A stretch of DNA of 50,602 bases from a virus (lineage: Duplodnaviria; Caudoviricetes). Below the pieces are notes generated by a model that saw only the letters and a program-made list of their open reading frames with translations, ran no database searches and was not told the DNA's origin. Both the position numbers and the translations under genes were made by a program. This document shows, piece after piece, positions 19,662 through 27,522 of the stretch. Position 1 is the first letter of the stretch; every line of letters begins with the position of its first letter. The stretch is taken from positions 1 through 50,602 of the IMG/VR virus record IMGVR_UViG_3300021379_000808. One strand, 5' to 3'.

Positions 19662-21137
19662 TTAGGGGGTGTAAGCGCGATCTTGCTCAGCCGTCAGCGT
19701 CACGACGTTAGACTTACTGCGCTCAATCTGACCTGTTGCAACCACAGGCTTCGCTACGCCCTTGTTACCCGCAACGACCGTAATGCCTATCTGACCAGTA
19801 GCCGCAGACGTGTCCGTTCTGCCGCCCTGAGAGTTGTTGTCGTAATCAACATTGAACGAAAGACTGGCCGCATTAATAGTCCCAGCAATGTCTGCCGGTG
19901 TTGATGCGTTGTCATCAAGAATAATAGCTGTTGACGTACCGTAGTCATCACCACCTGTAATTGAGTCGGTAATGTAGCAAACAAAGTAGCCAGCGCCTCC
20001 TGATTGCAAGAAGCTGTTGAAGTTGAGCGTCAAAGTAGCCGCGAAGTCGTAAGCTCTTGGCGTACCGCCCTCATCGGTAAACTCAACTCGGTTTACGTCA
20101 GCCGCCGCAAGGTTTGTAATAAATACGCTGTCAGAGCAAACCAAGGTGTCACCAACAAAGCGCATTAGTGAGTCGGCAGTCTGGCCCGTTACTGTTCCCT
20201 GCGAGTTAGTAGCCGCAGAGTTGATGTCGCTGTTTTGGCGAAGCAAATACTGTACCTTGGTGTAAATCTGCTCAAGCGTCTTACCGTCGCCATCTACAAT
20301 GATTCGGAAATCAAAATCGTCTGTTGGCGAGTTGATATCAATCGCTTGGGAAACGGTGTAGTAGCTAACGTCAATGTTTGCATAGGTAGCCGCTTCTGAT
20401 CCCGTGATCTCCGCGTCTGTGTTCGCAATCTTTAGGTCGTCTGCGTTTGAAAGCAGGACGTTGACCGTAAAGGCTCCCGTACCAGTCTGACCAGTATCCG
20501 CAAGAACCGAATCACTGTATAGCTTTCCCGGCTCTCGACAAAACGCTTTGAAGAATGTCTGATTGTTAAACGTGGTTGTATTTGCATCAACAGTTGCGTC
20601 ACCAAAAACCTGAACCGCTTGGTTAGCTTCGTCTTGATATACAAAATTGACTTGGCCGCCATCAGCATCAACCGTCTGATAGTAAAGCTGAGCTCCTGCG
20701 CTTACCTCGCCCAGTGACACGATACCTACATATCGACGAGCCAGATCGCCTGTTGAGCTGGTGCCAGCAACATCTGGCGTTCCGCCTGCCTGATATTCGT
20801 TAAAGCCGCCGTCTCTTAGCGCGTTACGGGTGGCATCGTTGGCCGGACCCCAATCACTGTAACGCGAACCGTCAAAACCGAATTCGAACTGTCCCGACTT
20901 TGCGTCAATCGCATACATCGGGAAAGGGAACTGGTTGTACGTTGATGTCTCCCAAAGCTTAATAAACTTTGAGTAAAGCGCCTGTAGCGTGACGCCCTCT
21001 TTGAGCGACGTAAGCGACCCAAAAACATCTAGCTCAAATGTGCGAGCAGTTGTGTCAATCCAGATGTTTCCATCAACGCCAAGATTGCCTGCCGATGAGC
21101 TGACAACTAAATCGTCACCATCAATAATTTTTGCCAT
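19662..21137 (-). CDS. Large hypothetical, possibly virion-associated protein
   Basis: 491 aa, acidic and Thr-rich, with RBS. Confidence 0.75.
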   Translation of the reverse strand: MAKIIDGDDLVVSSSAGNLGVDGNIWIDTTARTFELDVFGSLTSLKEGVTLQALYSKFIKLWETSTYNQFPFPMYAIDAKSGQFEFGFDGSRYSDWGPANDATRNALRDGGFNEYQAGGTPDVAGTSSTGDLARRYVGIVSLGEVSAGAQLYYQTVDADGGQVNFVYQDEANQAVQVFGDATVDANTTTFNNQTFFKAFCREPGKLYSDSVLADTGQTGTGAFTVNVLLSNADDLKIANTDAEITGSEAATYANIDVSYYTVSQAIDINSPTDDFDFRIIVDGDGKTLEQIYTKVQYLLRQNSDINSAATNSQGTVTGQTADSLMRFVGDTLVCSDSVFITNLAAADVNRVEFTDEGGTPRAYDFAATLTLNFNSFLQSGGAGYFVCYITDSITGGDDYGTSTAIILDDNASTPADIAGTINAASLSFNVDYDNNSQGGRTDTSAATGQIGITVVAGNKGVAKPVVATGQIERSKSNVVTLTAEQDRAYTP

Positions 21138-21150
21138 TTCCTATTCCCCT

Positions 21151-22692
21151 TTAAGGCACGTAATTGCGGTCAACAGACTGAGATACCTGAATGGAACCTC
21201 CGTCTGGACCTAACTCAAAATTGTTTACATAAAACGGAACATAACCTTCCGCATATACCGCTATGTCAACAAACGTCCCAGCACTAAATGTGTAGCTGTA
21301 AGTTGTTGATGTTCCTGCAATATCTTGATCGTCTTGCAGTTTCGTTGTGGTTCCTGCGGACTTGATAACAATATCTGAGCCGGCAATCACGTTAGAGATC
21401 GTAAGAGTCTTCTGGCCGACAGTAAGGTTTACCGTTGCGCCAGCAGTCCTATAACTAAGCGCTGAGTCGGCAGTGATGTTTACCGTCCCAGATCCAATAT
21501 TGACAAAAAGAGCTTCGTTGCCCGTAGAGCCGTTAGAAGCCGCATAGCCTGTAAACGTCAGTCCATCAAGGGTGTGCGATGTGCCGCCCGTAATCTCCAG
21601 ACCGTGACCTGTACCAGAGCTAATAAACTGCGTGTTCGATAGCGACGTTACGGAGCTACCTGCGTTTAGGGCTGTTGCCGCTGTGCTGTTGCTAAATATG
21701 CAACCCATCATTGTGGCGCCACCTAGCGTCACCTGATTGCATCGAGCAAACGTCGTGTCGTCGATCGTGCTATTCGATTGAAATATGAACGTATCCATAT
21801 CCCGAAACGCGCAGGAATCAAAATTGATATCTGCGTTATCGACCGCCTCAAAATAGCCTCGGCTTACAGTGCCCAGCGCATTGATTGATATGCCGGTCCA
21901 GTCCACGCGACTCGCGGCATTCTGAACCTCAACGCCGTTAAACGTACTCCCGACATAATCCGTTGCCGCTACGAAGCAAGCCTTGTTGCTGTCTCTGAAG
22001 TCAATGCTGTTCCCGCCGGTAGATCCAAGCTGTAACAAGCCCTGAAACGTATAGACGCCGTTACCAAAGCGTAACAGGCCCCACTGTCGGGTTGTGTCAT
22101 TGTCAAAGGTCGCCGCTCCCGAGAAAGTCGAGTAGCCGTTAGCCAGATCGCCATCAGTAATAATTAAAGACCGACCGTGGCGTATCGCATCCAGCTTAAA
22201 TGGCTGACCCTTTTGCGGGCCTGATGCGGGTACGTTCCACATACAGCCAAATATTGCTGTGGAGCTGTGCGAGCCCGTGCTAGGCGTTACCGTTGGATCA
22301 ATTGGGTAGCACTTCCAGCCGCCGACCTGATACGTGTCATTCCCGTCTACATACCAGCGAGACTTGGTGTTTGAGTTGTTGCCGATGATTAACTGAATGC
22401 CACCATTGGCTTTTGAGTCAATAGCCTGCGCTACATCGGCCTTGGTCCAGATAAACACCGCATCACCCGATGCAACAGTCGTAGCGCCGTTGTCGTAAAA
22501 TATTCCCCGCGTTGAGCTAGAGAACGGGTTTCGTGACGCGCAACTCGTGCCTTCGATAAAATCATCCGTATCAACCTCTGTCAGCGCGTTCTGACCACCA
22601 CCGCCATCAGAGATAAGAGAAAAGTTGTTCGTGTTGCCAGTGTTCTGGTCGATAATCGACGTTAGGTCTGTGGTGTAGCTCGGAGCCGCCAT
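21151..22692 (-). CDS. Large hypothetical protein with a possible beta-helix region
   Basis: 513 aa; repeated xxCxF/xxTxF rungs in the middle. Confidence 0.75.
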   Translation of the reverse strand: MAAPSYTTDLTSIIDQNTGNTNNFSLISDGGGGQNALTEVDTDDFIEGTSCASRNPFSSSTRGIFYDNGATTVASGDAVFIWTKADVAQAIDSKANGGIQLIIGNNSNTKSRWYVDGNDTYQVGGWKCYPIDPTVTPSTGSHSSTAIFGCMWNVPASGPQKGQPFKLDAIRHGRSLIITDGDLANGYSTFSGAATFDNDTTRQWGLLRFGNGVYTFQGLLQLGSTGGNSIDFRDSNKACFVAATDYVGSTFNGVEVQNAASRVDWTGISINALGTVSRGYFEAVDNADINFDSCAFRDMDTFIFQSNSTIDDTTFARCNQVTLGGATMMGCIFSNSTAATALNAGSSVTSLSNTQFISSGTGHGLEITGGTSHTLDGLTFTGYAASNGSTGNEALFVNIGSGTVNITADSALSYRTAGATVNLTVGQKTLTISNVIAGSDIVIKSAGTTTKLQDDQDIAGTSTTYSYTFSAGTFVDIAVYAEGYVPFYVNNFELGPDGGSIQVSQSVDRNYVP

Positions 22693-22695
22693 AGC

Positions 22696-22971
22696 TTACT
22701 TGGACAGGTAGACCGAAAGTATTGAGAGCCCTGCGGCAAACAGAGTCCAAATAGCTCGCTCTGCTAAGCGCAACGTGTGCGAGTTCTCAGATGACTTATG
22801 CCTATGTGTATCCATCTCCGATTCGTAAGTGTCTAACCTAAACTCAAAGCGATCCATACGCTTGTTTGCGGCAATCTGACGCTCTTCAACACGAGCCAGC
22901 GCTTCTAATGTTTTTGCTAGTGAATCCAGTTTGTTTTCAATCCTGCCTAGCCGCGTATCGTAATCGCTCAC
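22696..22971 (-). CDS. Coiled-coil protein with C-terminal transmembrane helix
   Basis: RLGRIENKLD...LARVEERQ followed by AIWTLFAAGLSILSVYL. Confidence 0.8.
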   Translation of the reverse strand: MSDYDTRLGRIENKLDSLAKTLEALARVEERQIAANKRMDRFEFRLDTYESEMDTHRHKSSENSHTLRLAERAIWTLFAAGLSILSVYLSK

Positions 22972-22980
22972 ATCTACCCC

Positions 22981-23394
22981 TTAGAACGGTCTGTAATCGC
23001 GCTGAAGAAGACCGGGGCCGCTTGTGTCGATTGTCCTGCCGTTCGCGTTATACGGAATCTGGCGGCTCATCATTGGGCGACCCTGCCCGAAATCAGCCGA
23101 AGCCTGCGGCATAATCTGAGCCGGGGGCATCTGCTGTACCAGCCCAACCGGGGAGCCTAACGGCTGAGTAGGGGCCGCCGCACCGGCAACGCCACCCTGA
23201 CTCACGGGAGCTTGACTCATTGCCTTGGCTGGTGGAGGTGTGGGCTTTTTAGGTTGCGGACGCATAACCGTCTTTGATGGAGCCATAGCGCCCTGCATAG
23301 GCTTGTATTCCGGCTTTGCCATCGACTGCTGGTTTTGGGATCTGAACGTAGTCTGTGGCGACTGCGGCATTCCCATTCTTGACTCATTGGCCAT
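22981..23394 (-). CDS. Pro/Gln-rich disordered hypothetical protein
   Basis: Likely start MANESR at 23394, overlapping the upstream stop. Confidence 0.6.
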   Translation of the reverse strand: MANESRMGMPQSPQTTFRSQNQQSMAKPEYKPMQGAMAPSKTVMRPQPKKPTPPPAKAMSQAPVSQGGVAGAAAPTQPLGSPVGLVQQMPPAQIMPQASADFGQGRPMMSRQIPYNANGRTIDTSGPGLLQRDYRPF

Positions 23395-23842
23395 TAGCTT
23401 GGTTCCTATTCCCAAAGCGGTCCAAAGCCACGCCCACAATCTTGTCCATATGTGGAGCGGCAAAGTAAAACGAGAGGATCAGCATTACTGCGCCAGTCAT
23501 CCCATTAGCGTGTTGTGTCGTGAGCTCAGAAGCCTTGTTGAGTTGGTCCTGCATTGGACCCTCAGCAAAGACTGCAATCGTTAGCGCAAGCCACGAAAAA
23601 ATGTACTGGAGCAACCACACCGTAGTGATTGATACGGCAATCAATCGACGTGCTAGGTGTTGCCCGGATGTAGCCTCAAGCCATTGCACCAGCAGTGCCC
23701 TAGCCTCAGCCCTGTCCTGAGATGCCGCCTGAGCCTTTTCCTCGTCGGTATAGACCAGCGCATCAAGCCCCTTGGTAACGCCGTCTACAGCGCTCTCAAG
23801 AGCCTTGTCAGTCCCGAATATTCTCGATAGTAGATTAGCCAT
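23384..23842 (-). CDS. Membrane protein, 3TM-holin-like
   Basis: D.L..TDEEKA motif, hydrophobic helices, ILSFYF. Confidence 0.7.
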   Translation of the reverse strand: MANLLSRIFGTDKALESAVDGVTKGLDALVYTDEEKAQAASQDRAEARALLVQWLEATSGQHLARRLIAVSITTVWLLQYIFSWLALTIAVFAEGPMQDQLNKASELTTQHANGMTGAVMLILSFYFAAPHMDKIVGVALDRFGNRNQANGQ

Positions 23843-24056
23843 TATCCTCAGCCCATTCTTTCAGGCAGTTGCTCTCATCGTGCTCGACCATTGGGAACAG
23901 CGTTGAGCAAACCGCACAAGACAGAATGTGGATCTTGCCTGTGTCGTCAGCCTTCCAGTTGAACAGGCCGCTATTGCAGGAGGCGCATATCACCTGACTT
24001 ACTGGCAGATTCGGCGGATCTTCCTTGCCACCCTCAATTACTCTGAGATCGCCCAC
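23835..24056 (-). CDS. Small Zn-ribbon protein
   Basis: CxxC...CxxC; N-terminal LRVIEGGK. Confidence 0.7.
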   Translation of the reverse strand: MGDLRVIEGGKEDPPNLPVSQVICASCNSGLFNWKADDTGKIHILSCAVCSTLFPMVEHDESNCLKEWAEDNG

Positions 24057-25230
24057 TACGCGCTCTCCGAATATCGCACCTGTAGCGCTCTACCTCACCG
24101 TACTCTTTAGACTGCACAATGCAGTACATATCACGACCCGATCGGTAGCCCGAATTGTGGTGCCACGCATCCTTAGCCGCCATAGTGCGGAATGATTCCT
24201 GAACGCACCCCCTCAGCTCCTGCCGAGTTGTATGATGGATATGACCTGTATACCAGTATCTATGCTCAGACTCTGCCCACAGTTTAGGCTCATCCGTAGC
24301 CATCAGCTCTGACAACGCGCTGGTCCGAACCGTATCGCCGTGCGTTGTGCCAATCAGCACCTTGCCGTGCGTTATGTAATTGAATTTGTTGACCGTTGAG
24401 TGGATCAGCACTCTTGGCTCCTTGTGGAAGTACGCCGCAAGGAATGCCGACAGCATCACGCTCGAATGATCGTCGTGGTTGCCAATGCAGTTGATAACCT
24501 CGACCGTTGGGTGCTTTGACAGCGCCATCGAGATCAGATCGACCATCAGCATACAACCGGCTTGCAATACCCGATGCCACCTCGAATCAACGTCAAGCTT
24601 TGCCCCTGATCGCGTTGTGCGTTCGGAGCTGTTATCAGCGTGAAAGAAGTCGCCCAGATTGACGATCAATGCTCGGTCTGTTTTGGGCGCCACATCAACC
24701 AATCGAGACGTAGCGTTAATGAGGTCTTCCCGGGCTATGTCTACGTCAAAGTTTTCGCCTGCTTCCTCAGCGTGGGCATAGCATCCAATATGCGGATCAC
24801 CCATCACGTAACAGGCCATCAGATCCTCGCTGTCGGATACCGGAGCCTTGCGTGGCTTATAGACCCCTTTGAAGTCTTCCATCGCATCAACGATGGCCTC
24901 GTGGATTCCGGTAAGCTTGTCCTCTTCGGACTGCTGAGTCTTGACCCATTGGACCTTGACTGAGCCGTCGTCCGCATAGAGCGTTGACGTGCCCTTGACT
25001 GCAAAGCCCTCTGCAACCTGATGCACCATATCGCTCTCAGGTGCGACACCCTGCAATGCCGCTCGCTTCTTGAGCTTTGCCAGCCTACGCTTGACGCCCC
25101 TATCGTTAGCGCCGATAAGGCGTATTGCCTGATCTACATTCCCGTCTGTTTCTGCAAGCGCATCTAACAGCTCATGCTCTGCGACAGTCTCTGCAAACGG
25201 CTCAAGATAGCTAAGTCGATGTCCAGCCAT
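24034..25230 (-). CDS. Calcineurin-like metallophosphoesterase
   Basis: GDPH, GDFFH, GNHD, HGD and GHIH motifs. Confidence 0.88.
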   Translation of the reverse strand: MAGHRLSYLEPFAETVAEHELLDALAETDGNVDQAIRLIGANDRGVKRRLAKLKKRAALQGVAPESDMVHQVAEGFAVKGTSTLYADDGSVKVQWVKTQQSEEDKLTGIHEAIVDAMEDFKGVYKPRKAPVSDSEDLMACYVMGDPHIGCYAHAEEAGENFDVDIAREDLINATSRLVDVAPKTDRALIVNLGDFFHADNSSERTTRSGAKLDVDSRWHRVLQAGCMLMVDLISMALSKHPTVEVINCIGNHDDHSSVMLSAFLAAYFHKEPRVLIHSTVNKFNYITHGKVLIGTTHGDTVRTSALSELMATDEPKLWAESEHRYWYTGHIHHTTRQELRGCVQESFRTMAAKDAWHHNSGYRSGRDMYCIVQSKEYGEVERYRCDIRRARSGRSQSN

Positions 25231-25633
25231 AAGCTATTCGCCTCGCTACATCCCGGGCTCTAGCAGGTGTCTGCTCAGCCCATCTCGAATCGAGAGCTTC
25301 TGCGTGAACTCTCCCCCAGTCCTCAGCCTTGATGGCGTTAATCATCCGCTCAAAGCCAAGTACACCGTCGTAGCCCATCTGATAGGCCATTTCGATGATT
25401 GCCTCGCGTCTGGGTTGATCCAGATCCCTGAACCAATCCAGCTCCTCGAAGCGTCTTGTTAGTTGTTCTGTGTAGTCGATCAGTAGCGCCTCGGCGATGT
25501 GCTCCGGCACACCGTATCCGCCCCGCTCAATCATTGTCCCGTAGCCGATTGTCAGCTTGCCCTGACTGCATTGGTAAGCGTACCGCCTGAAGCCCTCAAA
25601 TCGCTTTAGACGGTCGATAAGACCCTGAGACAT
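25211..25633 (-). CDS. Endolysin (GH24 phage lysozyme)
   Basis: EG.R..AY.C..GKLTIGYG, MAYQMG and DSRWAEQTPARA motifs; likely start MSQGL. Confidence 0.9.
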   Translation of the reverse strand: MSQGLIDRLKRFEGFRRYAYQCSQGKLTIGYGTMIERGGYGVPEHIAEALLIDYTEQLTRRFEELDWFRDLDQPRREAIIEMAYQMGYDGVLGFERMINAIKAEDWGRVHAEALDSRWAEQTPARARDVARRIAYGWTST

Positions 25634-25646
25634 AGGGATGGACCCG

Positions 25647-25817
25647 CTAGTCGTCCTTTCGCTTACGGGCTGTTTTAGAGGCCTTATCGAATGCCTCATC
25701 CGTTGGAGCACCCTTAGAGCCCGGCTTACGCATCCGCTCCTTTGACCCTGCCGCGATACGCTTTCGCTTTGCGTGGATGTTGGCATACAGCCCCGGTCTT
25801 TCCAGTAGCCCGGGCAT
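25647..25817 (-). CDS. Small basic hypothetical phage protein
   Basis: GLYANIHAKRKRI...GAPT motif; TAATG coupling to the upstream gene. Confidence 0.75.
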   Translation of the reverse strand: MPGLLERPGLYANIHAKRKRIAAGSKERMRKPGSKGAPTDEAFDKASKTARKRKDD

Positions 25818-26014
25818 TACTTTTCGCTTACCGGCTGAGTGGTCATGAATCGCAGTACCACAATGCCTGATGCAATCGCGCAACCGATGAAGGCCTGCAC
25901 TGCCGGGTTAGCCGGGATAAAGCCCACGAAGCCCTGAAGCACTGACAGCACCGCAATCGCTACGCCGTACTGAACCGTCCGAGATTTTAGTGCCTGTTTA
26001 ACTGTCATCACCAT
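25817..26014 (-). CDS. Putative holin
   Basis: 65 aa, two hydrophobic helices, LRF.TTQPV; near the endolysin. Confidence 0.7.
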   Translation of the reverse strand: MVMTVKQALKSRTVQYGVAIAVLSVLQGFVGFIPANPAVQAFIGCAIASGIVVLRFMTTQPVSEK

Positions 26015-26295
26015 TTCACCTTATGAGACCAATACCGAGCGCTCAGCTTGCTAGGGTTAGAGTCCTGAGCATTGTGCCGGGCGTAGTAGCTTTTCCGACG
26101 CGCCTTATCCTTGGCCGTCTTTGGATTCTTGCCAGCGCCTTTGACCCCCTGTTGCCCAAAACGGATCGTCTTGACCTGATCGCCTTCCTTCGCGACCACG
26201 ACGTGTGACTTGGTTGGGTGATTGGGTGTGCGCTTTGGCTTGTTAACGCCAGACACGCCTGCGCGCTCAAGCAGACCTTTGATGTCTCTTGCCAT
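26008..26295 (-). CDS. Basic hypothetical phage protein, first late gene
   Basis: NKPKRTP.HPTKSH.V.AK.G...IRFGQQG...SARYWS..VKW; start MARD. Confidence 0.8.
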   Translation of the reverse strand: MARDIKGLLERAGVSGVNKPKRTPNHPTKSHVVVAKEGDQVKTIRFGQQGVKGAGKNPKTAKDKARRKSYYARHNAQDSNPSKLSARYWSHKVKW

Positions 26296-26306
26296 TTCCG
26301 CAACCC

Positions 26307-26333
26307 AAAAAAAAGCCCCGACTCGCGGGGCAA
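26307..26333 (-). terminator. Rho-independent terminator just upstream of the late operon (tR'-like)
   Basis: GCCCCG-CGAGT-CGGGGC followed by T8. Confidence 0.85.
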
Positions 26334-26392
26334 ACAAACTAAGAGGAGTGTTTCAAAAAAACCTGACGGGACGCTGGACGCAATTACCGCCA
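26307..26392 (-). ncRNA. Candidate terminated leader sRNA with anti-RBS seed AAACACUCCUCUUAGUUU
   Basis: Seed is complementary to RBS regions at 26714, 26971, 27513 and 34300-34311 and ends in a terminator; the 5' end is inferred. Confidence 0.55.
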
Positions 26393-26398
26393 GACCCG

Positions 26399-26427
26399 AT
26401 TGTCAACCTTTTAGGTTCTGGAATCAA
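26399..26427 (-). promoter_or_regulatory. Candidate late promoter (pR'-like)
   Basis: TTGATT-17bp-GACAAT; an overlapping TTGACA lacks a well-spaced -10. Confidence 0.4.
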
Positions 26428-26466
26428 CCGATTTAAGACCCACATAAATATTTATTTCTGAAGTGC

Positions 26467-26495
26467 TTGACACAGTAGCGCTACTCGATTACGGT
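26467..26495 (+). promoter_or_regulatory. Sigma70-type promoter of the early accessory operon
   Basis: TTGACA-17bp-TACGGT with an AT-rich upstream element. Confidence 0.7.
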
Positions 26496-26504
26496 TACAC
26501 CTAT

Positions 26505-26519
26505 CAACCAATTTGGTTG
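26505..26519. promoter_or_regulatory. Candidate repressor operator
   Basis: Palindrome CAACCA-ATT-TGGTTG just after the promoter, similar to 34342-34354. Confidence 0.5.
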
Positions 26520-26653
26520 GCTGGCTACGAGGAGCCCAGACCCAAACCCTGCGGGAGACAACCCACCAAACCGGCGACCACTGAGTCAACCAGTGAGAGA
26601 CGACACCAAACGAGCACGATGAGCACCACCACCGGAGACGGCGTGGGAACATA

Positions 26654-26705
26654 GCGTCAACACCTAATGCGAGGTGTTCTGATGATGGCCAGCAGGCCGA
26701 AACGC
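26654..26705 (+). ncRNA. Hammerhead ribozyme, type III
   Basis: GCGU-C^ stem I AACACCU/AGGUGUU, CUGAUGA-U, stem II GGCC/GGCC, GAA-ACGC; predicted cleavage after 26658. Confidence 0.85.
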
Positions 26706-26725
26706 AAAACAACGGAGTGTTACCA

Positions 26726-26911
26726 ATGCAGACCTTTGTATGCAAGGGTCGAGCGGGTAAGTGGTCCTACGGTTACCTTGCCGAGCCCGGCAAGCGAAAC
26801 GTGTGGGTGTACACCAACGGTGAGGTCACATACCGACCGCTTGGTGGAAACAACTTGATGGCCGCTTCAAGCGAAGCCACCACGTTGCACCGCAACTCGC
26901 TCGAGTCCTGA
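26726..26911 (+). CDS. Small hypothetical early protein (61 aa)
   Basis: GGAGTGTT RBS before ATG 26726. Confidence 0.65.
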   Translation: MQTFVCKGRAGKWSYGYLAEPGKRNVWVYTNGEVTYRPLGGNNLMAASSEATTLHRNSLES

Positions 26912-26982
26912 ATTAGATTCGGAGTCTGACCCACTTGGCAACAGAACGGGTCTCCCCTTTTAAAACAACTGGAGTGTTCAAT

Positions 26983-27429
26983 ATGACTACAAAAACATTG
27001 AAGCAAATCAACGCAGAACTCGCAGAGACCTCAGCCCAGCTCGAAGCTTTGGCGGATGTCCTGAGAGAAGCTAAGCAACACGTAGCTGACAAGACCCGGG
27101 AGGTCAGAGAGCTGGAGCGTTCAAGAACCGAGACGGCAGAGCGTGAACGGCGCAACTGGGTGAATCGCAACCGCTCGAAGGCCAAGCGATTAGCGGCCAA
27201 GTACGGTATCGAGATCGAGGACGAGTCGATCAGAGACTACGATGGATATGACCTGCGCCACTGGGTAGGTCAGCCAGACTGGCTTGAAGGTGACGACCCG
27301 CTCACAGATGGTCACTTCAGTCACTGCTGGAGCGACACTGTTTGGCTTGTCGAGTTTTACGCCAAGCATCACCCATCTCACCCAGATCACGAGAACCGTG
27401 AGCACAGGGTTCATAGCCCTCACTGCTAA
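26983..27429 (+). CDS. Hypothetical early protein with N-terminal coiled coil
   Basis: GGAGTGTT RBS before ATG 26983. Confidence 0.8.
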   Translation: MTTKTLKQINAELAETSAQLEALADVLREAKQHVADKTREVRELERSRTETAERERRNWVNRNRSKAKRLAAKYGIEIEDESIRDYDGYDLRHWVGQPDWLEGDDPLTDGHFSHCWSDTVWLVEFYAKHHPSHPDHENREHRVHSPHC

Positions 27430-27430
27430 A

Positions 27431-27490
27431 CCCGTCTGACGATGGCTGGAGGGATACCAGCCGAAACGCCTCCGGGCGTCACGGGAATCC
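27431..27490 (+). ncRNA. Hammerhead ribozyme, type I
   Basis: Stem I CCCGU/ACGGG, CUGACGA-U, stem II GGCUGG/CCAGCC, GAA, stem III ACGCC/GGCGU, GUC^ at 27480; loop II GGAU can pair with AUCC 27487-27490. Confidence 0.9.
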
Positions 27491-27522
27491 ACCCGACAAC
27501 ATACAAAAATTTGGAGTGTTTT

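Noticed and set aside
26440-26520. LexA box at the early promoter
   Set aside because: No CTG-N10-CAG with correct spacing found here or at the other candidate promoter checked (34950-34990)
26928-26952. HDV-like ribozyme (GGCAACA...GGGTC)
   Set aside because: Too short to hold the nested P1/P3/P1.1 double pseudoknot
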